From Lama guanicoe (lineage: Eukaryota), in NCBI GenBank assembly GCA_013239625.1, contig MU054187.1, positions 1 through 64,000 on the forward strand: DNA of 64,000 nt, given 5' to 3'. This document shows positions 11,044 to 22,874 of this stretch, piece after piece. The notes beneath the pieces are model-generated. The model was not told where the DNA came from, did not search any database, and saw nothing but the letters and a program-made list of their open reading frames with translations. The number at the start of each line of letters is the position of its first letter. The stretch's first letter is position 1. The position numbers and the translations under genes were made by a program.

Positions 11044-11380
11044 TGTCCTAGTCTGTTCAGACTGCTGTAACAAAAATACCATAGACCAGGTGGCTTATAA
11101 ACATAAGAAATTTATTTCTCACAGTTCTGGAGGTCGGAAGTCCATACATTTATTTGGGGTCTGGCGAGGACCTCTGGTTCATAGAACCTTCCTGCTGCAC
11201 CCTCACATGTGGAAGGTGCCAGGGGTCTCTCTGGGGCATCTTCTACAGGACACTGGTCCCATTCATGAGAGCTCCACCCTCGTAGCCTAATCGCTTCCTG
11301 AAGACCAACCTCTTAGCACTGTCACTTTGGGGATTAGGCTTCGATATGTGAGTTTCAGGAGGACACAGATACTCTGTAGC
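11044..11380 (-). mobile_element. MLT1A-like MaLR LTR
   Basis: TGCTGTAACAAAAATACCATAGAC..GAAATTTATTTCTCACAGTTCTGGAGG..GGGGATTAGG. Confidence 0.75.
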
Positions 11381-11913
11381 ATTCCACTTCTTTCATCCTG
11401 ATTAATAATGAAAAAAGATCGGTGCATAATAATGAAAAAAGATCGGTAATGGTTTTTGCAAGTAAGTACACACCTTAGTTTTATTAGCTCTTTAAATCAA
11501 TATGGGTTCTTAGGTTATTCTGAATGGTTTATATTTAATTTTATATTTTGAAGGATAGACAGCTTTAGCAACTATAGATGTTCAGGGTACAAAGTAAGTG
11601 TTTAGTAAATGTTTACTGTTATTTCATGTTTTTGTGCCTTTGTACATGTTGATTTTCCAGACATCATTTTGTCAGTGAAACTTCCTTTCCTGATTAATAC
11701 AAAGTGGAGCATCTGCTTTTTTTTGTGCCATCAGTATACCATGACATACCTCTAATCTAGTGTTTACTTTTTCTTTTCATGATTAATTAGTTTTGCCTTT
11801 CAGAGCATGTATTCCTTGAAGGAAGGAGTTTTCTTTTTGTTGTTGTTGGTTATTTCCTCAGGGTTTACTGTACCAGAGGTGTTATGTTAATAGATATTTA
11901 ATGAAGCCATTTA

Positions 11914-12063
11914 ATTTTTTAAAACTTTATTTATTGTTAATTTGGGGGGGTAATTAGGTTTATTTATTTATTTATTTGCTTTTTAATGGAGGTACTGGTA
12001 ATTGAACCTAGGACCTTGTACATGCTAGGCATACACTCTACCACTGAGCTATACCCGTCCCCC
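11914..12063 (-). mobile_element. Camelid-type tRNA-derived SINE
   Basis: GGAGGTACTGG..ATTGAACCTAGGACC..CTCTACCACTGAGCTATACCC; TSD GCCATTTA at 11906-11913 and 12064-12071. Confidence 0.9.
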
Positions 12064-12288
12064 GCCATTTAGCTTCTGAGCCTGTTTCCTCTTCTGGAAA
12101 ACTTGAGTTGTAATGTCTAATCTGTTAATCTCATAGTATATTGAAATGTAGCTAATAGAATTTTTTTTTTCATTTTAGCATTGTAACTCAATTATCTACT
12201 CAATATGAGTAGAAAAGTTGAGTTTTATTAGATATCTGTTCCGTTTCTGATCAGTGTCAGTGAAGTTTCCTGTTGGGACTTCCGGTTC

Positions 12289-12890
12289 TGATGCAGGAAA
12301 ACAGATGTGGGGGCACGAGAAGGGCTGTGTCCCAGGCCTCGGTTGAGCCCCTGGGACGTGCCCCGCCAAGTGTGGGTCCTTGGCTTTGCACAGGAAAGAA
12401 TTCAAGAGTGAGCCACAGTTGAATAAGGTAGATTTATTCAGAGAGATACATTGAAAGGCAAGAGAAAGGCTACGAGGTTTGGGGGTTGGGTGCTGAGATT
12501 AAAAGTAGGTACACACTCCACAGGCAGAGTGCGGGCAGTCTCCTCTTCATGTTGCCAGTTTTTATGGGCTTGGTGGCTTCATATGCTAATAAGTGGAAGG
12601 GCCAGTCTAAGTGGCCTGGGGAGGGGGCTGGGATTCCCAGGAATTTGGCCATTTCCCACTCTGACCTTTTGTGGCTAGCCTTGGGACTGCCATGGTGCCT
12701 GTGGGCGTGTTATTCACCATGCTGATAAATTACAATGGGCATATAATGAAGCTCAAGATCTGCTAGAAGTTAAATCTCTCATCATCATGAGCCTCAAGGC
12801 CTACTGGGGGTTGAATCTTTCACCATTTTGATGTTAATTGCCATAGCATTCCTTGAGCGGCTGTGCCTTGCCCTCTTCCAGCCTGTCTCA
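12289..12890 (-). mobile_element. Solo ERV1-class LTR (602 bp)
   Basis: TG...CA ends, exact 4-bp TSD GTTC (12285-12288, 12891-12894), minus-strand AATAAA at 12433-12438. Confidence 0.85.
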
Positions 12891-12934
12891 GTTCCACCAA
12901 GATAGAGTCGCTCCATTCCTTCTAAGTTTCCTGT

Positions 12935-13660
12935 CTATCAGAATGGCTAAAATAAAAAATAGTAACGACACCAAATGAAGTGGAGAAACTGGATCACTCA
13001 CACATTGCTGGTGGGACTGTAAAAAGGCTCAGCTACCCTGGAAAACGGTTTGGCAGTTTCTTGTAAGACTAAACATGCAGTTACCACACAACTTAACAGT
13101 TGCACCCTTAGACATTTATCCTAGAGAATGAAAATTACATTCACAGAAGATCATGTGCACATTGTTCATAGCGGCTTTATTCATAGTAGCCCCAGACTGG
13201 GAACAACGCAAATGTCCTTTAAAGGGTGACTGGTGAAACAAGCTGTGATCTGTCCACAGTAATAAAAAGAAAGGGACCTGGTGGATGTCCAGGGAATTAT
13301 GCTGAGCACAAAAAGCCAGTCCTAAAGGGCAACATGGGTGGTTACATGTATATATTATTCTTTAATTGACAAGGTTGTAGAAGTACAAAACTGATTAGTG
13401 GTTGCCAGGGATTAGGAAATGAGGCAGGGAGGGGGCTGTGTTTTGCTTTAAAAAGACAGTACAGGATATGCTCTCGGTGTTGGAGTTGTTCTCTCTCTGA
13501 CAGTACCGGTATCAACATTCTGGCTGTGATGCTGTACTGTAGTTTTGCAGAATGTTACCATTGGAGGAACTGGGTGAGGCTTACAAGGGCTTCTTCTGTT
13601 TCTGACAACTGTATATGAAGCAACTGTTATCTCAAAATAACAGGTTTAAGTAAATAAAAT
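12935..13660 (+). mobile_element. L1MC/MD-like 3' end
   Basis: CAGAATGGCTAAAATAAAAA..CATTGCTGGTGGG..GTTACCATTGGAGGAACTGGGTGA..ATCTCAAAATAA. Confidence 0.75.
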
Positions 13661-14125
13661 TTTCTTAAGCGTTTTAAACAAATTGCTGCTATCGGGGCTC
13701 CTAATATGGCAGAGGTAGCACACAGAAGCATTCCTATTGTAGATAAGTGCTGGCTTTGCAGTTTGTTTTATGGTTGGTTTTTTTCCCCTTATGGCTTGGT
13801 CAATTAGTCTGTGAACTTATAGCTTTATAATTATTTCAGGGTTATTTTTTGAGTTTTCATCTGTGCTCCAGTCATTTTCCTTGTCTTTTATAACTTAATC
13901 AGTTCTAATTACTACTTTTTCTTCTTGTCATTTGGCTTTAATTCAAAGAATCTTAGCAAGGTTGTGCGTAGGCGTTGAGTCCGGAAGATTTGAAATAAGA
14001 CATTGCTTTTATTATCTCAATTTTGTGTTATTTGTGACTTGGGAAAAGTAACATGCATAAAACCTCATTTTGATAAGTAACCTTATCAACTGACCATTTT
14101 TATCTATTTTCTTTTTCTTTAACAG

Positions 14126-14302
14126 AACCTACTACATCTGAGGGCACCAGTGGTATTACAGCTATAACATGGAGTTCCAGTGGAAGTGATCTGTCAGATG
14201 AAGATAAAAATTTTAAACCACAGAGAGATAGCAGACATGGTTGTAGAATAGACAGATTTGATAACAGGAATATTTCATGTCCACAGGATGGGACCAGTGA
14301 AG
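14126..14302 (+). CDS. SPIDR: SPIDR exon 4 (EPTTSEGTSGITAITWSSSGSDLSDEDK...CPQDGTSE)
   Basis: Polypyrimidine tract with AACAG|, donor AAG|GTAAAT, 177 nt, phase 1-1; motif ITWSSSGSDLSDEDK. Confidence 0.93.
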
Positions 14303-14870
14303 GTAAATTGATAATTTTGTAAGAAATTTAGTTTCTGTTATAGATTGGATTTCAGTATTGGAAAAAACGTATACTCCTTTTCTAATACTTAGTATTGATT
14401 ATGATCGTACTAGGTCTCAGTATCCCAGCCATTTAGAAACATTTTCTCATAATAATTCTCACAGTAACTCTAAGAGATAGGCATTACCAGTATTATTTGT
14501 ACAGTTAGTTTAAGCTTCAACATGTTAGAATTGGTTGAATTCCACTTTGGTTCTCTTTGGTGACAAAGCCAGTTCTCTAAAGTACACTGTGATACTGTGG
14601 GTTTTCTTCCAGACCACTGTAGTGAAGTGAATGTTGCAGTAACAGAAGTTACATGAATTTCTTGGTGTTCCAGTGCATATAAAAGTTGCTTATATACCTC
14701 TGCAGTCTGTTAAGTGTGCAACAGCATTATGTCTACAAAAGACAAAGTACCATACCCTAATTAAGAAACGGTTTATTGCTGAAAATTGCTGGCCATCATC
14801 TGAGTCTTCAGCGAGTTGTAACTTTTTGTTGGTGGAGGGTCTTCCCTCATTGTTGATGGATGCTCACTGA

Positions 14871-16469
14871 TCAGGGGGTGGTTGCTGAAGGTTGGGGTTG
14901 GTGTGGCAGTTTCCTAAAAAGCAGCAATGAAGTTTGCTGCATTGAGTGACTCTTTCTTTCACAAATGATTTCTCTGGAGCGTGCAATGCTGTGTGATAGC
15001 ATTTTACCAACAGTAGAACTTCTTTCAAAGTTGGAGTCAGTCAGTCCTCTCAAGCCCTGCCACTGCTTTACCAGCTAAGTCTGTATAATATTCTAAGTCC
15101 TTTATTATCATTTCAACAATCCTCAGAGCATCTTCGCCAGGAGTAGATTCCATCTCAAGAAACCACTTTCTGGGGGGAGGGGGCTTTATAGCTCAGCGGT
15201 GGAGTGTGTGCTTAGAATGCACAAGGCCCTGGGTTCAATCCCCAGTACCTCCATTAAAGGAAAAAAAAAAAGAGAAAACTTATTTTAAAAAAATAAAGGA
15301 AAGAAACCACTTTCCTTGCTCATCCCTAAGAAGCAACTCCTTATCCATTAAGGTTTTATCTTGAGGTTGGAATGATTCAGTCCCACCTTCAGGCTCCACT
15401 TCTGATTCTAGTTCTCTTGCTGTTTCCACCATATCTGCAGTTCCTTTCTCCACTGAAGTCTTGAACCCCTCCAAGTCATTCATGAGCATAGCAATCCACT
15501 CCTTCCAGACTCCTGTTAATGTTGCTAGTTTGACCTCTTCCCATGCACGAATCATGAATGTTCTTAATGGCATGTAAAATGATGAATCCTTTCCAAAAGG
15601 TTTTCCACTGACTTGGTCCAGATCCATGTGGGGAGTCACCATCTGTGGCAGCTATAGCCTTGTGAAATGTATTTCTTAAGTAATAAGAGTAGGAGGTTGA
15701 AATGACTGCTTGATCCACAGGCTGCAGAATGGATGTTGTGTTAGCAGGCATGAAAACAACTGGCATTCCATTGTCCGTCTCCATCAGAGCTCGTGGGGGG
15801 CCAGATGCATTGTCAGTGAGCAGTAATATTTTGAGAGGACTTTTTTTTCCTGAGCAGGAGGTCTCAAGAGTGGGCTTAAAGTATTCAGTAAGCCATGTTG
15901 TAAACAGATGGACTGTCATCCAGGCTTTGTTGTTCCATTTATAGAACACAGGCAGAGTTGACTTAGCATCATTCCGAAGGGCCCTAGGATTTTCTGAATG
16001 GTAGAAGAGCATTGGCTTCGACTTCGGGTCGCCAGCTGCATCAGCCCCTGACGAGACAGTTGGCCTGTCCTGTGAGCTTTGAAACCAGGCTTTGACTTCT
16101 CCTCTGGCCATGGAAGTCCTGGTGGCGTCGTCTTCCAATAGAAGGCTGTTCCATCTGCATTGAAAATCTGTTGCTTAGGGTAGCCTCCTCATGAACTCTC
16201 GGAGTTGGATCATCTGGAGAACCTGGTGCAGCTTCTACATCAGCAGTCACTGCTTCACCTTGAGCTTTTATGTCATAGAGACGACTTCTTTCCTTAAACC
16301 TCGTGAGCCAACCTCTGCTAGCTTCAGACTTCTCTTCTGCAGCTTGCTTACCTCTGTCAGCCTTCATAGGGTTGAAGAGCATTAGGGCCGTGCTCTGGAT
16401 GAGGCTTTGGCTGAAGGGAAGGTTGTTTCCGGTTTGGTCTTCTGTCCAGACCGGTGAAACTATCTCCAT
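14871..16469 (-). pseudogene. Frameshifted Tigger1 (pogo-family DDE) transposase remnant
   Basis: Fragments in several frames: [81 protein letters not shown]. Also interrupted by a SINE. Confidence 0.9.
15172..15300 (+). mobile_element. Camelid-type tRNA-derived SINE inserted in Tigger1
   Basis: A box TAGCTCAGCGG, B box GGTTCAATCCC, A-rich tail; 14-bp TSD AAGAAACCACTTTC at 15157-15170 and 15301-15314. Confidence 0.92.
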
Positions 16470-17293
16470 ATCGGCAGTAAGGCTGTTTTGCTTTCTTACT
16501 ATTCATGTGTTCACTGGAGGGGTACTTTCAATTTCCTTCAAGAACTTTTTCTTTGCATTCACGACTTGGCTAACTGTTTGGCTCAAGAGGCATAGCTTCC
16601 GGCCTATCCTGGCTTTCGATGTGCCTTCCTCACTAAGATTAATCATTTCTAGCTTTGGATTTAAGGGAGGGACGTGCAAGTCTTCCTTTCACTTGAACAC
16701 TTTGAGGTCACTGTAGGGCTCTTAATTGTCCTATTACCCGTATTGTTGTGTCTCAGGGGAGAGGGAGAAAAGGAAGCAAGGAAAGGAAGAAGGTGGGTTG
16801 GTGGAGCCGTCAGAACACACGTTTATCAAAAACAAAACAAAACAAAACAAACAAACAAAAAGAACACACATTTATCAGTTAAGTTCTCCATCTTATATGG
16901 GCCCAGTTCATGGTGCCCCAAAACAATTACAGTAGTAACATCAAAGATCACTGATCACAGGTCACTGTAACAAATACAAGAATTATTTAAAAGTTTGAAA
17001 CATTGTGAGAATTACCAAAATGTAACACAAAGACAAAAAGTAAGCAAATGCTATTGGAAAAATGCCGCCCATGGACTCGAAAGAAACGTTTGTTAAAAAG
17101 CACAGTCTCTGCAAATAGCAATAACGTGAAGGACAGTAAAATGAGCCACGCCTCTGGTGCATAGAGCTACACCCATGTTGTCTCCTTGCTAACTTATTTT
17201 GGGTAAATGCTATCGTAACTAATGTGTCGTGGAAATATTACTGCAGTTTCTATTCTCATGCATTTTGTATTGTATCATGTTGACAGTTTAGAA

Positions 17294-17513
17294 CAGAGTT
17301 TCTCAACCTTGGCATTAATGCCATTTGGGATCAGATAATTCTTTGTTGGGTGAGAGGCTTTCCTGCGCATTCTAGGGTGTCTAGTAGTATCTCTGGTCTC
17401 TGTCCACCAGGTGACAGTAGCTCACTCAGCCCCAGTTGTGACAACCAAAAATGTCTCCAGATCTTGTCGGATGTTCCTTTTAGGACAGAATCACCCCAAG
17501 TTGAGAACCACAG
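17294..17513. mobile_element. MER20 hAT-Charlie MITE
   Basis: CAGAGTTTCTCAACC ... GTTGAGAACCACAG termini; internal CCCAGTTGTGACAACCAAAAATGTCTCCAGA. Confidence 0.88.
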
Positions 17514-18269
17514 ACTTAAAATTATGAAAATCATGTCCTTTTCCAATTTTTAAGGTACATAACTCATTTGGAGTATTTTTAAAAGTCTTAATGCTTTTAA
17601 AGTGAGCTTTGATTTTTTACTTTGACTGTTGGTATTGGTTAGTTACGCAGTTAGTCAAGGTTAAATTTATACAGACAGCATCTTTTGAAGGTGATTAAAT
17701 TCTTTTGGCCACTGTATGTGCTATTTTGGTGATAACCGTTAATTGACATTTTAGTAATAGCCAAGTGAAGTGGTATTTTAAGGTTATACATAGTCTCACA
17801 GGGCTTATATTGTTAATTCAACCATATTAAATGAAATTCATTGGTATGTAACTCTTGGTTTGTCTTCATGCACTTCAAAACATATTTCATAATTTAAAAC
17901 TATGATTTCTGTGAGTGAACAGTATGGTATATGAATTACATCTAAGAAAAGCTAACACTTTAAAAAAACTTTCTTCTAATTAAAAGACATACTCAGTAGT
18001 TTCCGAAATTCTATTTGAGAACGGAAAAAAATGCTTTGAGCTAATTACTGTAAGGTGAGTTAATGAGTTAACAAATTGTTGACTTCTCTTAAATAAGATG
18101 AGCTTTAGGTGACAAGGAATCCCTTGGAGCACATCTAAGTGTGCAACTGCTGGTTTGTCTTTCTCCTCTCCACTCTTCTTCCCTGGCCTCTCCTTTCCTC
18201 CTCCCTCCTTTTTACCTTTAGTTGCCATTTGTGAGTCTTGTTTTATCCCAGACACTTGACTGGATGTCA

Positions 18270-18750
18270 TGTAGGTTATTTCCTTTGATACCTACTACAG
18301 TCTGTGAGCTACGTATCCTCATTTTACAAAAGAAAATTGGGACTTAGAGGACAGAGTAATATAATTAATAACTGTGCCAACTGATATTTAGACCCAGGAA
18401 TGTCTGACTTCAGTGCTGTGTGCTTCAGTACTACTTGGTGGTTCCCAGACACACTTTCTTATCAAAACTACAGGTGACCTTTACAAACAATGCTCCCGTA
18501 CCTTCTTCCAGCTGTGTTGTATTTGAGTCTCTGAGCCTTGAGGGTGAGAATTGGGATTGAGAGGAAAGAGCCTGAGTTAAAACTGTCAAAATATTTTTCT
18601 TTAACAAAAAGTTTCCTCCCTCTTTGTCTTTTATGTATCTTTGGGCAAATTTCAAAACCTTTTTGGAGACTCAGTTTTTTCATCTGTATAATGAAAATTT
18701 TGGTTTAACAGTGATTGACTTGCCTGCTTCATAAAATTATTGTGCCCACA
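18270..18750. mobile_element. Two MIR remnants in opposite orientation (about 18270-18430 on -, about 18640-18750 on +)
   Basis: TATCCTCATTTTACAAAAGAAAATTGGGACTTAGAG and CTCAGTTTTTTCATCTGTATAATG cores. Confidence 0.6.
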
Positions 18751-20095
18751 TGAAAGCTCTTGTTGGAGGAGCAGTGTTTTGTATTCTCTCCTGGCTTTTT
18801 TGTTTGTTTGTTTGTTTTCATTTTTGTGTCTAGAATGGCACCATAGGCTCTTAGTAGGCACTAGTTTTATTGAATGAATGAGGACACAGATGGTAGGTAC
18901 TGGCAACAGGGGCAGTGCCCTGAGGGGACTTGCCCCCTCCTTGGCTTTCTGTGGCTTCTTGCTCTGATGGCTCAGTAACTGGAGAATTTCTAATGCATTC
19001 TTTTTTGCCTGGCTTTCCTGAGTAAAGGTGGTGTTACCTGTGGGGACATGCGTTAGACAATTGCCGCTACGTGTCTGGTTCTCAAAGCAGTCTGGCTGCC
19101 AGCCTTTGTCATCATTTCAGTGGACTTTTACCTCATCTTCTGAAGCAACAGTATCCAACTAAAGAAGATAATTTTTGGCTTAGTTTATACCATACTTTTA
19201 ATTTTGTTTTTCCTTTTTTTTTTCTTCCATGTTTGGTTTTTATTTTGAATTTCCTTTAGATATTAAGCTGTAAGTTTTTTTTTGTTTTTAATTTTACTTC
19301 TATTTGGAGGTGAGATTATTGCTATCAGACCTCTGAAATAGGGCCAAGATATTTTATTAGACATCTGAGTTGTTGAATAGTTGTGAGGGAGTACTTGTGC
19401 TTTGTGCTAAGGAGAGGTCTGTGTTATACACCATACCTCTGAGATTAATTTGTCTTTAATAACTACTTTCGTACCTTTAAGCATAGCAGATTAGAGTCAG
19501 TACATTTGGTTATTTAATATATAAAAATGAACTTTCAAATTAAAATACTACGAAAGTAATATCTATATAATAATACATATGAGGTAAATTAGAAACTACA
19601 TTTACTTTGTTTCCTTACTAATGAGAGAAATCTATAGAAAATTTTTGGGCTAATAATCTTTGAAAAATTCCTTGTTAATAGAAGATATTAAATAAGCTGT
19701 GAGTCAGCTACGTGACAGAATACCGTGTTGTGGAAAAGAACGAGGATGTAATCTGTTTACTTATGGGGAGAAACCTCTCAGTTATGTTAAGTAACAAAAA
19801 AAAATCAAAGTGTATCAGAAAGGAGGACAAAATAATAGTGTATTTTTTGTGCTTGAACATAGAGAAACTCTAGAAGAATACGAAAACAATAGAAGTAGTT
19901 ACCTGAGAATTGCAGTGGTGGTAACAGTCGGGAGAAATGGGATCGTTACAGATAACTGTAGGATTATACTTTTGGCTGTCTTTTAGTGTATTTTTAAATT
20001 ATTAAGCAACATGGATCTTTTAAAACTACTGAGGGAAAATAGATTTAAAACACGTTAGAGATATTTAAAATTAAGTTTAAAATTGTTATTTTTAG

Positions 20096-20259
20096 ATGAC
20101 CTACAACTTATTGACTGGGAGATTGACAGTGACAAGGAAGATCCTTGTGAGTGTGATGAATTTGAAGACTGTGAAAGTGCGGTGGAAATATCTGATGGTG
20201 CTTCCTGTGCGAGCAGTAGTTCTTTGACGCCTGCAGAGATGCTACCTGAACTTCCTAAG
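20096..20259 (+). CDS. SPIDR: SPIDR exon 5 (DDLQLIDWEIDSDKED...ASCASSSSLTPAEMLPELPK)
   Basis: Acceptor TTTTTAG|, donor AAG|GTAAGA, 164 nt; lies within ORF 20083-20364. Exons 1-5 total 597 nt (199 codons) with no stop. Confidence 0.95.
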
Positions 20260-20399
20260 GTAAGAATGAATTGTTTGCAACTTTCCATTCTGTGTGTGGC
20301 ATTTGTTAGTCACAGCCTTTGGTGTTTTGTTTGCAACTCCTTCCTCAGGGACAGCCACTCTTGACTCTTCATGGATTCTTTTGTTCTTTAACTCCTTTT

Positions 20400-22760
20400 T
20401 TCTAAATAATATGCTTGTAATGTTCTTTTAAACTGGATGAATTCTGAATTCTCTTCTCTTCACCCACTCCCCACCCCTGCTACACGTGGGACTTTCCCTC
20501 CCTCTCTTCCCCCAGGAAGATATCTCATGGTTTGGTTAGATTAGTTCAGCATTATGTAATTCTGAATAATAATGTTCATAACAAGGCAACTATTAATTGT
20601 GATTTTCCTCCGTAGGTTTTTGTTTTTGTTGGAGTTAATCATTTGGGTTTCTGTATGCCTAGTTTTACTTACCATCAATAAAAGTAACTGGACCATTGTT
20701 TAGCTCTCCCATTAAGATTTTTCCGGCATAGAAAGCATTATGTCAGTTTTGTTTTTTTGGAGAACTCTTAACCTCCTAGCTGCTCCAATTAAAACTGAGG
20801 GTCCTCTGTGCTTTGTGAACATTGCCACCCTTAAGTCTCCCTTCACCGTACTTCTGGGAATTCCCTTCACGTGTCTCCTGTGTGGAGTAGGCATTCAGCA
20901 TACTTTGACGTTAATTGAAAATTAATTATAGACTTCTAGGTTGCAGATAATTTTTCTTCAGAATTTTGAAGGCGTTGCCATCAAGAAGCCTGAAACTGTT
21001 CTCATTCTTGATCTTGTATGATTTCTCTTTATCACTTGTTTTAAACTGTTTGTGATAGGCCTTAGTGTGGTTTTCTGCTTGGAGTTTGTCAAGCTTCTTG
21101 AATCTGTGCTGTGTCAGAGGTCCCTACGCTTACTTCTGGGTTCAGGAATTCCCTAGGAAGACACTCATAACTCAGCATACAGTCATATGTGTGGCCGTGA
21201 TTTAGTACAATGAAAAGATACAAAAGCAAAATCTTCCAAGACTCTTTTTCCAGTAGAGTCACACAGGATATGCTTAATTGCTCCAGCAATGAGTTTGGAC
21301 AACACATGTAAGATGTTCTCTGCCAAGGGAGCTAAGTAGCCACTCAGTGCCCACGGTTTTTATTGGGGGTGATCTCTGCCTAGTATGTGCCAAAATTTAA
21401 CATTTTAGGAAGGAAAAAATCCTTTAGGAAGGCTTAGTCACCATAAGCCATATTGTTTGCATAGTTCAGTCACAGGGAAACACTCTTATCATTAAGAGAA
21501 TGATAGGAACCCTCCTGAAATCTAAGTTCCTGGAGGCAGGCAAGGACCAACATTACAAGCGAGGCTTCTAAGGATACCCGTCTCAGGTCTGCTAAGTTAA
21601 CTGTCTTCTTCACGTGTGAGTTTAAAGTTTTCATCACATTTGGAGAGGTTTTTGCCTTTATTCAACACTTCTTTTCTGACTCCCCTTTTCCTTTTCTTCT
21701 GTGACTCCAATTATATGTATATTGATTAGGCTGTTTGATGTCATGTCATGGATTATTGATGCTGCATTCATTTTTCCCCTTCCTGTTTCATTTTGGGTGG
21801 CTTCTATTACTGTTTCTTCAAATATAATAATCTTTTTGCCTGCTGTTAATACTGTCCAGTGTATTTGTCATCTCTAAAAGTTTGTTGAGTCATTTTATAT
21901 TGTTCTCTCCTTAACACGATCATGCATTCATCTATGTTTTGAACATAAAGAGTATATTTATAATAGTTGTTTTTATGGCTTTTTCTATAAATCTGTCTTC
22001 TGTGTCATTTCTGTGACTATTTTGGTTGATATTTCTTTTCATTATAGGCTGTGTTTTTCTGCTTCTTTAAATGCCTGGAAATTTTGGAGTAGAGACCAGA
22101 CATTGTGAATTTTATGCTGCTGGGTGGTGGATTTAAAAAAAAAATGTCTTTTAAGTATTTTGAGGCTTTGTTCTGGGGTGCAGTTACCTGAAACAGTTTT
22201 ATCCTTTTGGGTGTTGCTTTATGATTTATTAAGTGGGTCTGGAGAGTACTTAGCCTTATGTCTCGCTACTGAAGCAAGATCTTCCTGAGCTGAGTATTCT
22301 ATGTAATGCTCTGAATTATGGGTTTTTCCAGTCTGGTTGGCAGGAACAGCTACTGCTTCCTGACCCTGTGTAAGCACTTGGCACTGTTATTCTAATGCTT
22401 TCAGGTGGTTCTTTCCCTGGTCTAGGGTAGTTTCTTTATATGCACATGCTGATCAGTGCTCTGCCTAATACATGTTGGGGATTGTTGGGGATCTCTATGA
22501 ATCTGGCTTTTTTGGTACTCTGTCCTATGAGCTCCAGCTACTTCTGTCTCCATGGACTCTCAGCTCTGTCTCTTCAACTCAGCGAGCCCACCAGACTCCA
22601 CCTCAATTTCCCCTCCCTGCTGTGTGGTTTGGAAATCCTTTTAAGATAGTAAGCTGGGGCAATTGTAGAGCTCAATTCTTTGTTTCCCGGCTTTCAGAAG
22701 TTAGTGTTGTTCTTGCCTGATGTCCAGTGTCTTGAAAACCATGGTTTCATGTATTCTGTC
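20400..22760 (-). mobile_element. Old L1 (L1ME-like) 5'/ORF1-region remnant
   Basis: T-rich reverse L1 pattern (TTCAGAATTTTGAAGG, CCAGACATTGTGAATTTTA, CCAGTGTCTTGAAAAC). Boundaries approximate. Confidence 0.5.
21111..21614 (-). mobile_element. MER77/MER21-like ERVL LTR
   Basis: ACTCAGCATACAGTCATA..GATACAAAAGCAAAATC..GGAACCCTCCTGAAATCTAAGTTCC..TCTCAGGTCTGCTAAGTTAACT. Confidence 0.7.
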
Positions 22761-22762
22761 TA

Positions 22763-22820
22763 GTCCCGTCCCGTCCCATCCCGTCCCATCCTGTCCCTTC
22801 CCTTCCCTGCCCTTCACGTC
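22763..22820. repeat. Degenerate pentanucleotide (CCCGT/CCCAT/CCCTT)n repeat
   Basis: GTCCCGTCCCGTCCCATCCCGTCCCATCCTGTCCCTTCCCTTCCCTGCCCTTC. Confidence 0.85.
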
Positions 22821-22874
22821 CCCTCTCCTCGTTATTCCATCATGGTCATCTTCCTTACCTTTCCGTGCAATCCA

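Larger units (their letters stand above)
14585..17154 (-). mobile_element. Near full-length Tigger1 DNA transposon
   Basis: Both ends resemble Tigger1 termini (TTCCAGACCAC.. on the left, ..AAAATGAGCCACGCCT on the right); internal ORFs translate to Tigger1 transposase. Confidence 0.92.

Noticed and set aside
15172..15255. tRNA gene
   Set aside because: It has A and B boxes but also an A-rich tail, a 14-bp TSD and sister copies at about 9450 and 11914, so it is a SINE.
15280..16469. Possible domesticated TIGD1-like transposase gene
   Set aside because: Split across frames by frameshifts and interrupted by a SINE; it is a decayed Tigger1 copy.
20260..20364. Extension of ORF 20083-20364 beyond exon 5
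   Set aside because: A strong AAG|GTAAGA donor sits at 20260 and similarity to SPIDR stops there; the rest is intronic read-through.
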